The notes under the pieces are model-generated. The model did not search any database and had not been told where the DNA came from. It worked only from the letters and a program-made list of their open reading frames with translations. From Enoplolaimus lenunculus (Eukaryota), in assembly GCA_030248215.1 (NCBI GenBank), contig JASANG010004131.1, positions 248,001 through 312,000 on the forward strand: a stretch of 64,000 bases of DNA, given 5' to 3'. Below are positions 1 through 13,739 of the stretch, piece after piece. Both the position numbers and the translations under genes were made by a program. The first letter of the stretch is position 1. Each line of letters opens with the position of its first letter.

Positions 1-1059
1 GCAGTGTTTAATTATGTTAAATCTGACGTCTATAGAGAAAAAATTCAATAAATTTCACTTGCGGCCATCAAGGTGTAACCAGATATCCGTACTCGTTTAA
101 GTTAAAATCGGTGCCCGTTTTGTTTCTGTTAGTGAAATATCGAAAATGTCGTTATTTTATGCTCAAAACTGGTTATAAATAACGTGAACATCGCACAGTT
201 CTAAAATAATGTTGCAGTTATAGTTTTATTTGAAATAGAAATTAATACAAAATGTATCCAATGTTACTTTTAGGGGCATCCAGGTTGCTACGACGAAATA
301 AATTTTTTCGATTAGGAGTGTATTTCTTTAGCTATCTTCTGTTCTTTATTGGCTAACACATGTTTAATCAGAAATTTAAGCCATCAACAATATATTTAAT
401 GCAGCTTTATGGGTAAATACAATTTAAAGTTTAAAGGCTGTTTTAAATGCAAAAAGGTTTCACCGAGTGTCACGCATTAAAGGAATTCTGCATAAGCAAC
501 AATTTGAATCAAACGGCACGCCAAGGTTACAACTGAGTGAATCGAATGTGACTCTGGCGGAGTCGAATTTGAATCAGTTTGTGTAGTCAGGAAAAGCCTA
601 TTTCAGAGAGTCAATTTGACTCACCATTCTTTGCAGTGTACATATCCGGATATCGGAATAAAATGTGCGAAGGTAAGCAGTGCGCAAGCGCAGGTGAAAA
701 AATCGGAGTCGTCACCGCAGTTCGTAAAACGTTAGTCAATAAAAACATGTTAAATTGGTGTTATCATTTCATCGCAAATTTGTTGGCTATCTAAAATTTT
801 AAAGAAAAAATAGCGGATACGCCGAAAATTTCAAGATATTGTTTAAATTTCGTCATTTTTATTTCAGTTTGAACAATTGCAACATATCTAATGAAAAATT
901 GCGAGACATACACGTGATTTGGAACTAATTTTTGAGCATAAAATAACAGAATTTCCGGTGTTTTTATAAAACGGAAACGAAAACGGATATCCCGTTACAC
1001 CCCGGTTGGTAGCTTATATTTTGCAGGTTCAGCAGTTCTGACTATATTTTTGATGGGAC

Positions 1060-1720
1060 TGCCGAAACAGCTCTGTCCCAGAAAACATATTTGCTCCGAC
1101 GCTGTCCTGCTATATATACTGACCCAGTAAAAACATAAGATTGAAGTTGTTCCGACCAACTCAGCGAATACCTGGGCTTGAAGCTGTCCCAGCTGTTTTG
1201 ACACAACCAGCAAAAACATAAGTTCGAAGTTGTCCCAACTGACCTCACAAAACCTAGCTCGAAAACTGTACCGACTGTGCCGACCGACCCAGCCAAAGTA
1301 TAGGGTCCAAGCGGACCCGATCGACCCAGCAAAAACATAGGTTCGAAGCTGTCCTAATCGACCCAGCAAAAATATAGGCTCAAAGCTGGCCCGGCTGTTC
1401 CGACCGACCCAGCACAAATATAGGCTCGAAGCTGTCCCCGCTGTCCCGACCGACCCAGCACAAATATAGGCTCGAAGCTGTCCCCGCTGTCCCGACCGAC
1501 CCAGCAAAAATATAGGCTCGAAGCTGTCCCGACCAACCCAGCAATAATATAGGCTCAAAGCTGTCCCCGCTGTCCCGACCGACTTTGCAAAAATGTAGGC
1601 TCGCAGCTGTCCCCGCTGTCCCGACCGACCCAGGTAAAAGATGGGCTCGAAGCTGTCCCGGCTGTCCCGACCAACCCAGAAAAAACAGATTTGAAGCTGT
1701 CCTGACCAACCCAACAAAAA
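1060..1720. repeat. GC-rich minisatellite with 46-bp and 37-bp units
   Basis: About 15 copies of CCCAGCA(A/C)AAATATAGGCTCGAAGCTGTCCCCGCTGTCCCGACCGA (unit starts at 1408 and 1454). The core is homogeneous and the edges are degenerate. It is followed by a transposon-like end (1726-1785) shared with 43737-43833. Confidence 0.92.
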
Positions 1721-3200
1721 CGTTTCACTCCGGGTATATTGCGGTCCCGTGGGTAAACGGGACTCCCCTCAGAGTAACATGGGCCCTTGTGCCAATTCTC
1801 AGTTCAACAACTACAACAGTTATCGTGAGTTTGAAAACCTATTTGAGAATATGGGCCCAACGCTGTATAATATTCACTGAAAATCGCCCCAAAAACCGTC
1901 GTCAAAGTTAAATGTTTACAAACAAACTTTATGACCAAATATTAACAGTGGCCAAGGGACCTCAACCCTGCCCTGGAAACGTTTTAACCCCGTTGACGTT
2001 AGAAAAATTTCGCCTCGTTTGTAAATCTTGTTAAGGTTCCCACTGGATGCCCGTTTTAAAATCGGTTTGTTGCACGTAGACCTGGCTACGGGCATGAAAC
2101 ACTCGTGCATTTCATTCTCAACGCAAAATATACAAGGCACTGATTCAAAAAGCGAACCAGGTGCTAAATATAGAAACGTGTTTGCGTGCGAAACCGGAAC
2201 CTTTGCTCAACACCAGACCAGATAATAATACCCTGGTTCTAAAGTTATCAACTTGGTTGTATTAAATAACCGGTGTACGATACTTATTATAGTCACCTTG
2301 CCGCAACATAATTGTATACCGCTTTTTTTACATTCAGGCCCCCACAACTAGGAATTATCAGTAGAAGGGGTGCATGAAGAGTTATAGAAGGGGAAAGAAA
2401 AAACTCTTAAACATACAATTCTTTTAATCGGTTGAATTATCACCCGGGGGGGGTGAACATCTTTTTAAGGTTTGCGACCCCTCTCTCAATTGTAGTTGCG
2501 GCCCTGATATTAATTCTATTTCGAAAATAGAGGGCAAAGTAGAGTATTGTGTAGACTTGTACTGATTACCCGTTTAAAGTTTTATGTCTAGCTTTACCGG
2601 TTAACCAATCAAAGGCATGCAATTGTCATTAAGACGAGCAGGCTTTAACCCGAGAAATCCTTTTTTTTCAATTGATTTCATTCATAGGTCGTGGTTTATC
2701 CAAGTCAAAAAGAACTATTTTAGCGGAGGTAAACAAAAGTTACTGAAACGGTTAGTGATCAAAACGGAAAACCGATGCAGAATTTTATAAAAGTTTAAAA
2801 ATCAGCCGCCACGTCTTTTACATAAAACCCGTAGTCACAATTCAATACCATTTTCCAAGCGGAATACGACTGTTCTCGGATTTACCAGACTATTGAAATG
2901 AATTCGCTCATTAAACGGCAAACATATGCGAGATTTGAGTCACAAAGCAGTGTAGGTTAACACCTAATATGACCAATACGAATGACGACGCAACGGATAT
3001 TTTGAATGCAGTACAACTTGCAAATATTTCACCTGATTAGTAATAGCGAATCTACTTCGCAGAATTTGCATACAAATTGGTTAAACAGGACATGCGAGAC
3101 ATCAGGACAGCTGGAACAGCAGGACAGGTGTGCCAGCCGGGGGCACGGTAACTACGGCACTGGGACAATGGGAACAGTTTCCGCCATTTATATACATTTC

Positions 3201-3377
3201 AGCTCATGTATAGAACACGGTCGGAACGTTTTCCTGTGGGGCTGTAATGGAGTGAGCTCAAGCTGTAGACTAACTTTTTTGCTTACGCTTAGGCTTAGGT
3301 TTAGGAATAGACTCATCCTTACGCTTACACTTAGGAAATACTCATACTACTGTTCAGGCCTGTTCTACACATGAGCC
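3201..3377 (-). mobile_element. GGCC-TIR MITE with TTAGGC-type array
   Basis: TIRs AGCTCATGTATAGAACA and TGTTCTACACATGAGCC; perfect 8-bp TSD TACATTTC; internal CTTAGG repeats. Confidence 0.88.
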
Positions 3378-4083
3378 TACATTTCCTCTACCATGAGTTT
3401 TAAGCAGTATTGAATTAAGGTACTGTGCGAAACCTACGCTTTTAGTAGAAATGACCCGGGTCAAAAACTTGAAGGAAGCCCAGGTCCGGTTCACTTAAAT
3501 TCGTAGACCCAACAGTTGTGCCCACGCCAGTGCTCTGTTAGCTAAAGGCGCGCGTTCCCAAACTTGGGGCATACGACGGTCCAACAGCGGCCCGTAGTTT
3601 AAGGAGACCGAGGGGGGGTAAGTGTGATTCCCTCCTGGAAGAATTTTGGCGCTCTAGAATATTTTCAACTTTGGTTGTAACTTTTAAGTCATCGAAAACC
3701 CGTTTGTGCCCCTCCTGAAAATTTTGTAGCCCACAATCATGGTGAGCGTGAGTTGACTAGAGGCCTGTCCAACCCTGGTCATAAGCATCCGGCAAATATG
3801 CACAAGGGGGATGCACCTGCTTTCTCTGGGTTCCCTAACCAACTTGTAAATTGGTTGGTTTACAGAGCAAAATTTTTTTACGGAGGTGAAAAATATAAAT
3901 TTGACGCTGCAGCTGATTTACATTTTTCTTTACTGGGTCGCAATTGCACACGCTAACGTAATATTCTGGCTGCGCCCATGAGATTTATCATTTACAAATA
4001 TGAATGAAATAATCATCCAAGCCTTCTTCCAAAATATAACAGACTGAACCGTAAAACATAAATTGTAACCCAATGCCTGAATC

Positions 4084-4261
4084 CAGTGGCGGATTCAGGA
4101 TCTCAAAGTGGGAAGGGGCCAAAATTTCACAGGTAATAAACTTATTTTTGGCCCACACACAAACCACGAACTGTTGTCACAAAATTGCTCTATATAATTT
4201 TTAACGAGATGCTGTTGCGGGGGCCCACGGCCGGGATGGTCCCCCCATGGATCCGCCATTG
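4084..4261. mobile_element. hAT-like MITE (CAGTGGCGGAT TIR)
   Basis: TIRs CAGTGGCGGATTCA and TGGATCCGCCATTG; perfect 8-bp TSD CCTGAATC; a close copy lies at 39187-39358. Confidence 0.88.
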
Positions 4262-4863
4262 CCTGAATCTGGTGAACAAAAAGATAAACACCAAAAATCG
4301 ATAACAAATTACACATTATAGTTCGTGGCGGTAGCATTTGATTGATCGGCTTCAATGCATAGGTAATACTACAAAATAGGTGAACGCCTTTATTTTGTAT
4401 AGTTCCCGCGCACTAAGCCAATGTAGTAGCTAGCTATCGTAGTTGAAAAAATCTACTCAGCATCAGTTTTCTATACGTACGCGTGGCGCACCTGTTGTCG
4501 GTAAAGGTTTCAATTCCCAATCCATCTTTCTCTCTCGCTCTCTCTCTAGTCGGCTACGTAGTTAATGCGGCTCGTGATATAGACTCACTAGACGATGGTA
4601 CTCTGATTAATATGGGAAAATTTGGCGCAACAAAAAGTTTTTCTCTCAATCAGATAAACAACTACACGCTGCCGACCTGGTTTACGTTGCTTCTACAGGC
4701 ACACAACGTGAACAAATTTGTTGTTTAGCTTTTAGAAAATAACTTGACTGTATGAACAACATAATTTGTTGAGGTATTCATGTAACAAAATTACGCAAAC
4801 GCCGACTAATCTGTTGCGCTTGTCATTTTAGGGCTTGCGGTTGCGTAGCTAAGCAAACAGTTA

Positions 4864-5145
4864 AGCTCTATTTATACGTGCAATCTTTTGCTGTGAGAAC
4901 TTGCAGCTGCAAATTGGACGCAGAATTTGCATTTTTTTATCAGCCAATACGAAAGCAGATGTAAGAAAATTCAGTGAACTTTACATAATTTATATTAACA
5001 CATGTGAACAAAGTTATAAGCTATGATTTTAAATAAATTACATTTGCAGCTGCAAGTTTTTCGAACGCGATTTTTGACAAAACTTACAAATGCAAGTCGC
5101 AGCTGCAAGTTCTCGCAGCAAAAACTTGCACGTGTGAGTAGGGTT
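4864..5145. mobile_element. PIF/Harbinger-like palindromic MITE (TTGCAGCTGCAA-rich)
   Basis: Ends AGCTCTATTTATACGTGCAA and TTGCACGTGTGAGTAGGGTT, flanked by TTA. Related copies at ~14460-14618, 22845-23143, 46545-46719, 54430-54710 and 57830-58310. Confidence 0.7.
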
Positions 5146-5410
5146 TTACTGGACTAAGAAAATGATACGATTACTGGGTTGTGTGATATACAATTTGAAT
5201 CTGTCAACTGTAATCTTTAAAGTGTTTGGCACAAGCATCTTGGCCGGTAAAAGGCAATCAGTAGAAATCGTAAACCAAATTTGAGCATAAATTGAAATTT
5301 AAGAAATACGTGATTCACAGCAGCATGACGTGTCTCGTTGCGTCATTCATAGTTAAAGGGTTGTGCGTATACTTTTGAAGTTAACCCAAGGCTTGCTCTT
5401 GCATAATTAG

Positions 5411-7420
5411 GAGTATAACCCGATGATTGGCCGACAGCTGGCACACGAACCTTTCACGGCAGTATAACTAAGGCAAATTGCCAATGAGTCACTGGATGAA
5501 GTCATCGATTTTGGATGCGGAACAAGGTTGGTACAAGCCCGTTGCTAGCTCGCTCTTGCAAGGGGGGTTAAAAAATTTTAAAGGATTAAAAAAATTTTCA
5601 GGAGGGGCATTCAAGCGTTTCTGATGACTTATAAGCACGGTCGAAAGTTTTCCAGGGGGGGGCAAAATTTTTCCAGGTGGGGCTAACCCCCCTGTTCCCC
5701 CTTTTGGCTACGGGCCCGCTCTGTTGGGGATTATCAAAGAAACAGAGGGTTCTTGAGGTGCTTACGCCCTCTATATATCGGGGATTCACGCGTGATAAGG
5801 ATTGAATCTTGCCGCCATACATCTTTTGCTGATAATTAAAATGTTCACACAAAGATCGCAAAGTGTTTAAAGCCAAATAGCTCAAATTATAGCGCGTGTA
5901 GAACACGAGTTGGTTCAAATTCTTTCGACTTGGCTGCAATCTGGAAATCCTAAACTATTACAACTATTAGTATACCGAGTGTAATGAAATTACAAAACAT
6001 AAAATAGTATCCTTTTCCGCCGGAAAATTCTGGGTTCGGGTTCGACGTATAATTTTTGAATTTATTAAATTCGATGTTCGTTAAACATTTGTGAAAAATT
6101 TAAACGCTAATCGTAAAGGTTGCGTATATATTTATTCAACGTGCCTTGGCATCACATTATACAAATAATCAAAAACTTGTACTAGAAAAGAGGGACAGCG
6201 CTATTACAATAATTGCTAATGTAAAGAACCGGGGCGGAACAGTATTATAAGCATATTCGGAAGCCTAGCCTGAGCCTAAGACTAAGCCTAAGCGTAAGAA
6301 TGAGCATATTCCTAAACCTAAGCCTAAGCCTAAGCCAAGCAAAAAACTTTGTCTAAAGCTTAAGCTTACTCTTTTCTAGTCCCACAGAAAAACGTTCCGC
6401 CCTTGATCTTTACATGGGTCCAATAATTGCAGAAATTCCAGTTGAATGACAACGAAGAATTTGAAACAAACTTAAAATTAAATATTTGTATCGCCTAAAT
6501 TTTGCCTTGAATTCACATTTTGTTTTTACTGTTGCTGGCTAGCGTTTATATATTTCCGACAGTGCAAGTTGTCAAATATTTGCTTAGGTTGTCAACCAAA
6601 AATTCAAATAACCGACTATGGGCCATAGAAAACTGCACTGATGCCTTTATATTCAGAGAGTGTCGCTGACGTCTGAAACAAATGCTTATGGAACAATTCT
6701 AAGCACCTGGCTGGCTAAGGTGTAATTCGCGGACGCTGAAGGCATACATGATGTCCAACTGAAAGTCCAGTTATTAATCGCTGGTTCATAGGAATTTCAA
6801 AAAATCAATGTTAAGTTTAAAATGGTTTTTACAAACTGCGCTAACGTTTTGTGTGAAATGTAAAAACGACAGCAACAGCAGGCAGTAATCTGACACAACT
6901 ACAACAAACGTGTGCTTCTTCCGAGTCTGTATCAGGATAATCATCGACTCTGTCAACTCTTCCAAGGGCACAGCCAGGATTTCAGTTCGAGACCAAAATA
7001 ACCTTATTGTAAGATTTTTCCATCTCTAATATTCACACACTGGCAACGCGAAACCTGTTCGAAGGGTTTGAATTGTTATCTCCAAAAAATTTACAAAGGA
7101 GATATATCCCTTTTATCAATCCCCAATATCAGTCTAATAAGTGCGGCCCCCAAAATGATAATAGTGAGGCACTGTAGATGACAAATTTATGCATATTCGA
7201 TTTGTACGTGTTCAAACGCTACGCTCCCAAGGAGTGTTTTAGAATCCGTAACGGTAACCATGATATGCATATGTATTATATGCAATTTTAGCCGCTATGA
7301 CCAGGATGCTGATGAAATGACTGATGTGTGGAATGATACTTGGTTGTGGTTGGTTGACGAGGATGATGAACAGAAACGTCCTGACTCAAATGATGGAGAT
7401 TATTTTTACCTTAAAACTTG
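5411..7420 (+). pseudogene. Probable decayed class I SAM-dependent methyltransferase gene
   Basis: The exon-like block 5411-5526 (ttag|..|gttggt) reads EYNPMIGRQLAHEPFTAV*LRQIANESLDEVIDFGCGT, which has a motif-I-like VIDFGCGT and an in-frame TAA. Further exon-like blocks lie at ~6657-6810 (several stops), ~7014-7165 and 7292-7420 (RYDQDADEMTDVWNDTW..DGDYFYLKT*). Confidence 0.4.
6215..6420 (+). mobile_element. GGCC-TIR MITE with (GCCTAA)n array
   Basis: Degenerate TIRs (GCTAATGTAAAGA and TCTTTACATGGGTC); 8-bp TSD CAATAATT on both sides; CCTAAG repeats. Confidence 0.82.
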
Positions 7421-9252
7421 AGCGAAAATTATAGTTGGAATTTGGTAAAACGTAGTTTAGATATTTACAATTCGATTAGAAAAGTAGGCCTATATAAAGT
7501 TTGATTAATTACAGGTGATTAATCAGTAATACTTCCGGAAATGACGTCATCTAATGACGTCATCCTACTCGTTTGGCAGGAGGGGATAAAACCCGGATTT
7601 CATCTAATCCTGGGGAACACAGCGAGCTATAAAAAAGCCGTTTTTATATAAATCGCAAATAAACTGTCAATTTTAGAGGTCCTCTGACCTCGGCTTCTCT
7701 TGACTGTTGTGCTTGATTGATACTATTAGACCGGCACAGCCCTCTTCGGTTTTCATTGCTATGCTACACATTTAATTTTCTAGTTTAACAAAACTTTGGT
7801 TTCCGGATACCGCTGGGCGCTTCCACAAAAGACCAAGTTGCGTTTTAGTGGTAGACCGAAATTAGAGGCTAATTCAAATTGGCGTTTTTCTTAAAAAACG
7901 ATTTACGTTGGCAAACATTGTAACCAGCTGTTAGTCATATATCACTAGTGACTCCTGCAAAATGACATAAAATCGCGGCACAATTTTAAATGCGTCGAAT
8001 TCATTTGGTATTTTTGGGAAGTTGTACCTAAAACAAACCAGCTCCAGAATTACGTGATATATAATATATATTGTATATACTATATAGATATATTACATAT
8101 ATATATATCATAAACAAACTAAAAGAAATTTCATTACTGCCGAAAGCAATACAGCGTGTACGGTAATAAAATTCTAGAAATTGCCATTGCTAAATATATC
8201 GCGTTTGAGGCTATTGCTGGTAACCAGTTGAAACCTCAATTAGGCATCAAAGAACGTATTCAATTTTAGGTGCGGCAGCGACATCGATTTAATGTCTCTG
8301 GTGTTGTTGACTTGACTTGTACCCCTGGCTCGATTGTTTTCCAATTCATTGAAAAATGTAAAAAGTTGCTAACCAGATATAAAAATCGTCTTACTCCTAC
8401 AATGTTGAGAATACAATTATTGCGCTTGCAGCATATATGTACTAGGTAGGTAGGTATGTAAAACCAGTATGGCAGACCCTATGGTTCATGCCTGAATTGA
8501 GTTGTTTTCTATACAGGAAGACTCCGTGTCTTTTAACGTGATTAACCTGTTTGACCTGTATAAAATAATATAACTCAAACGCATACTAATTTGTTTAAAT
8601 ATAGCAAAACCAAACTCAATCTTACAAGCTGAAACCTCCCAGTCTCTATTAGTCTCCCAGTGTCCTCGTATTCCAGTGCTTAGCCCCTTAACACGGGCTA
8701 TCGGCGAAGCCTGCAATTAGCGCCTTCAATCATGTGCCAAATTTCAGTAGAATTTCTTCTATACGACGTATTGTTCACGCGATAGCGACAGCAATTTTAC
8801 AAAATTTCAATTGATATACCAGTTGTAAGGTTTTAATTAAGACAAATGACTTTTTGGCTACGCAAAAGCAAAGACTGTACCCCTGCACCAATTGTACACT
8901 GCTGAAACTAATGCCTATTTTTTGGTATCGCAAATTATTGTTGCATGTGTCAAAGAAAGACAATATTATAGTGACTTGACAGTATTATAAAATTCGAGAA
9001 AAATTATTTAGTAACAGAAAAGTGCGTTGGCTTTAAACCGCGATAGAAAGCTATAATTTTCGACGCCGGTCGCCTATAAATTTAACTTTCACTTTTGATC
9101 AGGCTGGACGAGAACTAAGGGGTCAAAGTGGTGGCCGTATATAATACGGATATGTTCGCCACGCACCTTGATCGGAAATGTTTTCGACATCCTTAAAAGA
9201 ATTCAATGTTATAGTGCAACTTTCACTGTAAATGCCTTTTTACTCTTTCTAC

Positions 9253-9995
9253 CAGAGGCGTACCGAGAGGGGGCCGCGGGGAACCCGCCCTCCTTAATCT
9301 TAGTCAGTACCTGACTGCGTCATAATATTTACATTAAATACAAAAATTACGTATGGTTTTTTGCTCGCTGCGCTTGCGATGTTTTTTACTGATTAATTTT
9401 ATAAAAATTTTGCTTGCGGTGTTACTCAAACGAATATAACAAAGTCAAATTCCTCTAGCTGGCCAGCTCAATAGTACCTAAAGGTAGTAATAAATATTGC
9501 CCAAAGCTTCCAATTACATAAGCTCTAGACCAGAGGGGTTCGGTTTAGTGGTTCAGACTCTTCGCTTCATGAATAAAGGAATGTTACAAGCCTGTTAGAG
9601 AGGGATTTAACACTAATCTAGCTTCGAGCCTTCACTCATACTGTTTCAACTCCTAATGCCTTTATATATTTTATATTATACAAAAAATTCCCGACAAAGA
9701 CTTCAAACTGAAGTTCTGTACAAGAGTAAAAGACAACAGTGTCTAGCATTCGCTTGCTTCCTTCGAGATATTTTTTCAACTTGTGCTCACGTAGCAAACA
9801 ATTCGACCTAGTCCAGATGCGAAACTGCCAAATTTTTACGTCCTATAAGAGAATTATGGGTAGCGTGAACAGCATAAATCCCACCAAACAATTGAGATCC
9901 GTACTGCTAAAAGATTTAAAGATTGCTCTTAGGCGGACCAAAGGCACTGACCGTACAGGATGCGGCCCCCATCAAACTTTCTCGGTACGCCACTG
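9253..9995. mobile_element. hAT-like non-autonomous element
   Basis: TIRs CAGAGGCGTACCGAGA and TCTCGGTACGCCACTG; 8-bp TSD CTTTCTAC/CCTTCTAC. Confidence 0.8.
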
Positions 9996-12900
9996 CCTTC
10001 TACTTACCATTCCAGATTGTTGCTCTGAGATGAAATGTTGAAGACGCCTACAATATAATAATTTCAATTCTGCTTTTAAGCGTTGAAAGTTTAAGGCAAA
10101 GAATTTTTTAAATGTTCAATTTTAATCAACTTTTTGAAAAATTGTTCACGCATTGGAGCTTTAAAGAGAGCCACAGTTGAAATCGAAAAGTAATTTTTCA
10201 CAAGAAACTCGAGTCCAAAATTTGACTCGTTGTTCTCTGATCTACTTTTGAAAAGGATCAAGCAGAAGCAGGCTTATTGGGTTTTTGGGCATATCACTAG
10301 GCTATGCATATTGATAAGCCTAAAGCCTAAAGCCTCGACTTAAGGATAAGGCTTAAACCTAAACCTAAGCAAAAAACAATGAAGCCTAAGCCTGTTTTTG
10401 TCGCAGTATAGTTGGAACAAAACTGGATGCTCTTAAAACTAAAGTGGACCCAAACTTTGATGTGTAGGTATATATCTCAAGTGATTTTATTGAATTACCA
10501 ATACATAAAACATTCAACCAGAAAATTGTATATTTAATAACATTTTATCACATTTCAAGACCTATTTTACATGGCTAATCGTTTTTCTGCCTTTTAGAAA
10601 ATCCTTATTATATTTTTTGCGACAAACTGCGTCAACAAATCAAATATTGCGAGTGTAAAATCACGAGACATTTTAAGAACTAATTTGTGTCACATTTAAA
10701 AGTTGTGAAAGTTTGAAAAAACTATTTCATGGCTTCAGACGACTGACACATAGCAAGCTGAAAATTGGTAAATTTACAGCGAAAACTGTCAATTTACATA
10801 AAATTACTTGAATATAAGAGTGTATGTTTTTTGCCAAATCGGGGTTCAATGTTGTGGTACATGTGTGTGGCATGATTTTGTAGAATAAACTCCTATCAAA
10901 TGGCGAAGAAACATATTTTGCGAGGGCAAAACGAAATCATTTTTCAATGTGACGAGTGTTGGTTTTCTATATATAATGCAAATGTTATGTTTGACAAAAA
11001 TTTACACTTAACAAATTTATTGCTCAAATCTATTGAGTTTCATTTGCGCCCCTGGATATCGCCCCGTACCCTCTATGCCAAAATGTGATAATTTTTAGAA
11101 AACGGTGGGTGATGTGTACAACAGCTGGACTTGCTTCTACAGCTGTTGGTTCTAAAGTCACATCGATGTACTATTACCGCAAGTGGATGACCACTTTTTT
11201 TACACAATAGTGTGCAACTGAGTACGTGGTGTCTTCTGTGTACAAAAGAACGTACAGTGCAAAAAATGGTGAGTCAAATTGACTCTCTCCGAAATAGGCT
11301 TTTCCTGACTACACAAACTGAGTCAAATACGACTCCACCAGAGTCAAATTCGACTCACTGTTGCAGCGTATCCAGCGCACGTTGGATTGTTGGCCGACCC
11401 AGCTTGTTTAGCGGGGGTGGAAATATGCGCAAACACTGAAAATACGTAATATGCTAATAGAAAAAAGTGTTTCATCTATGCTCTTGAAAATATGCCAATT
11501 TTTATCATATGCTTCAGGTGCAAAATGTGATATGCCCCCTCCAAATTGCGAAGGTGTAGGGCAAAACACAGCGACTGCTGGTGCTACTTCGAGTTGCACA
11601 TCCTTGTCCAAAAGTTGTTCATTTACTCTTGTTTGACCTGTTGACTCCATCCAATCAATACCATAGCTAGCGAAAAGTAAAACACCATGAACCAAGCAGA
11701 AAAAACAAACGAAATTTGAACTTTAAGTCACATAAGATCTATACACAGTACCGTTTTTCAATTTTAAAATTTTTACAATAGTGTCGTGTAAACGTTTTCT
11801 GTAATTGCTTCTGCGTTCTGTTTTGCGTAGTTCATTTTTGTTTTAAATAGCCTGACGAATATGTATTTTTGACGCTCATAGACCCGCCGGTAGATCTAAA
11901 TGGGGGTCCCACTAGACATGACACCCATTAGACATCAACACAACGGTGTTGTATTAAGATTTTTACTACTTGAATTGCGTTTGGCTTTTCGCTCGGTTCG
12001 TTTGCGAATCTTTTTTTGTTATTTTCTACGGTGCGGCTCCTTGTCAGAGATTTCATTCTCCGCAACTTGACGGGACTGTACTGATTTGTACTTATTGGTC
12101 AAAACGTTACGGCCCAAACCTGGGCCCCTAGAGTCTCCAAAGCGTCTCTGCTATTTACATCTTTGTATTGTTAAAAACAGCGAAAACTGCCGTCATCGTC
12201 GTTGTTTTTGTGCCTACAACGAGTCAAGTAATCGGAAATGTCATTTTCGTGCTCAGTAGTTCAAAATAGTCACAAATTGGTGTTTTGAGTGCTCAATAAT
12301 TTTAAGTACATATTTTTTTGTAAAGTTTACTCTGACTAAAGTGTGAAGTTTATTATGGTTTCAAAAAAATGTCTTATATTTCATCACAGCAGGGTCGTTA
12401 ATTTAGGGTGTAGCTAGCATTTCAAAGAAACATTTTTTTTTGCTAGCGGGTACATAGCTAATTTGGAAACGTTTGACGTCTGTAATTTAACACTGCAAAG
12501 TTCATTAGAGGTTACACTGTTCTCGTTTCCAGTAGTTACCCAGGTACATCATATTGTTCGTAAATGCGCCGTTGCAAACGTCCCGGCTTCGGCACGTAAC
12601 ATCATGTCATAACGGAAACAATATGCAACCTCCTGTCCCAGTAAAAGATACCTTCATCGCCTTTGAATTGATTTTTACAGAGGTTTCAACGATGAAAGAC
12701 CAAAGTCAAGTTTGAAAAACCCAAAACAAAAATTTGGGTAAGCTTAAGCATTAGACTAATTTTTTTGATTAAGCTTACATAGGCTTAGGAATATGCTTAT
12801 ATGCTACTGTCACGCAGTGCTCTGTTTTGCACATTGGCTTACATAGCGAACGTTTCGAGTTGGTAACGCCGCATTTGAAGCCTAATTTAAAACAATTCAA

Positions 12901-13739
12901 ATCCAAGGTGCCGTTGTATTCAACACAAGGCTTGGTTTTTTTTCAAGCACATAAACAAACCAATGAATGAAAAATGCGATATAAACAAATAATACATTAA
13001 TACAAAGTTTCTTAGGAAACAACCTCGCTCCACGGGCGATTTTTTCCAACTATTAAGCGTCCCATGGGACGTATAGAGTGATTTTAAAAAAATCGCAGTC
13101 ACTGAGCCTAATAAAAACTAAATAAAGATAATCACATAGCTAATAGATTTTAGTCTGAGGAGGGGCACCCATACTGAATAAAATCCGCAATTTATGCCGT
13201 AGTTTTTGTTTAAACTCTTTTCTCAGCTAACTGCACAGTATATTTATTTACTCAACTAAATGGCATTCTAAAAGCAAACGCTTGATAGGCTTACAGCCAA
13301 CAACTCGGTCATCATTGGCTGTATTTCCGAAATAAAAACAAAAATAGAACATTTAACGGAAAAATTTATTGTTCATAATTTGTCGTGCATTATTAATTTC
13401 TCATCAGCAAAATTAACCCGTGCATGAGAAATTGTAAAAGCTTGTGTGTATATATAGCGTGCAGATTTTTTTTAAAAAAGTCAGGAATACACTAGTGATA
13501 TTACGCGTATTAGGTAATTATTTTTCGCCTGGCTCACAACTGTTGGGTATGCTATTTGATGGTTTGCCTATAAAACGGATGCCATATGAGCTTTTTGCCA
13601 GATTTATATTCCTAAGTTTGATATGTCAAGGATATTTTGCACCAGACACAAAAATTTGGCTAGTTAATTCGGCTACTTTCGCCACATTTAAGGTTTTAGG
13701 GTTTTACACAATGGCGTAGACTTAGGCAAAGGTACTTAA

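Noticed and set aside
995..1717. 240-aa ORF and overlapping ORFs; also a CRISPR-like periodicity
   Set aside because: The ORFs are translations of a 46/37-bp minisatellite. The units abut with no unique spacers, there are no cas genes and the context is eukaryotic.
9670..9810. Minus-strand exon-like segment
   Set aside because: It lies inside the TSD-bounded hAT-like element at 9253-9995 and has a weak donor.
12540..12660. In-frame TGA as selenocysteine, or hemocyanin/phenoloxidase similarity
   Set aside because: No known selenoprotein motif or SECIS was recognised, other blocks carry TAA/TAG stops, and the copper-binding His motifs are absent.
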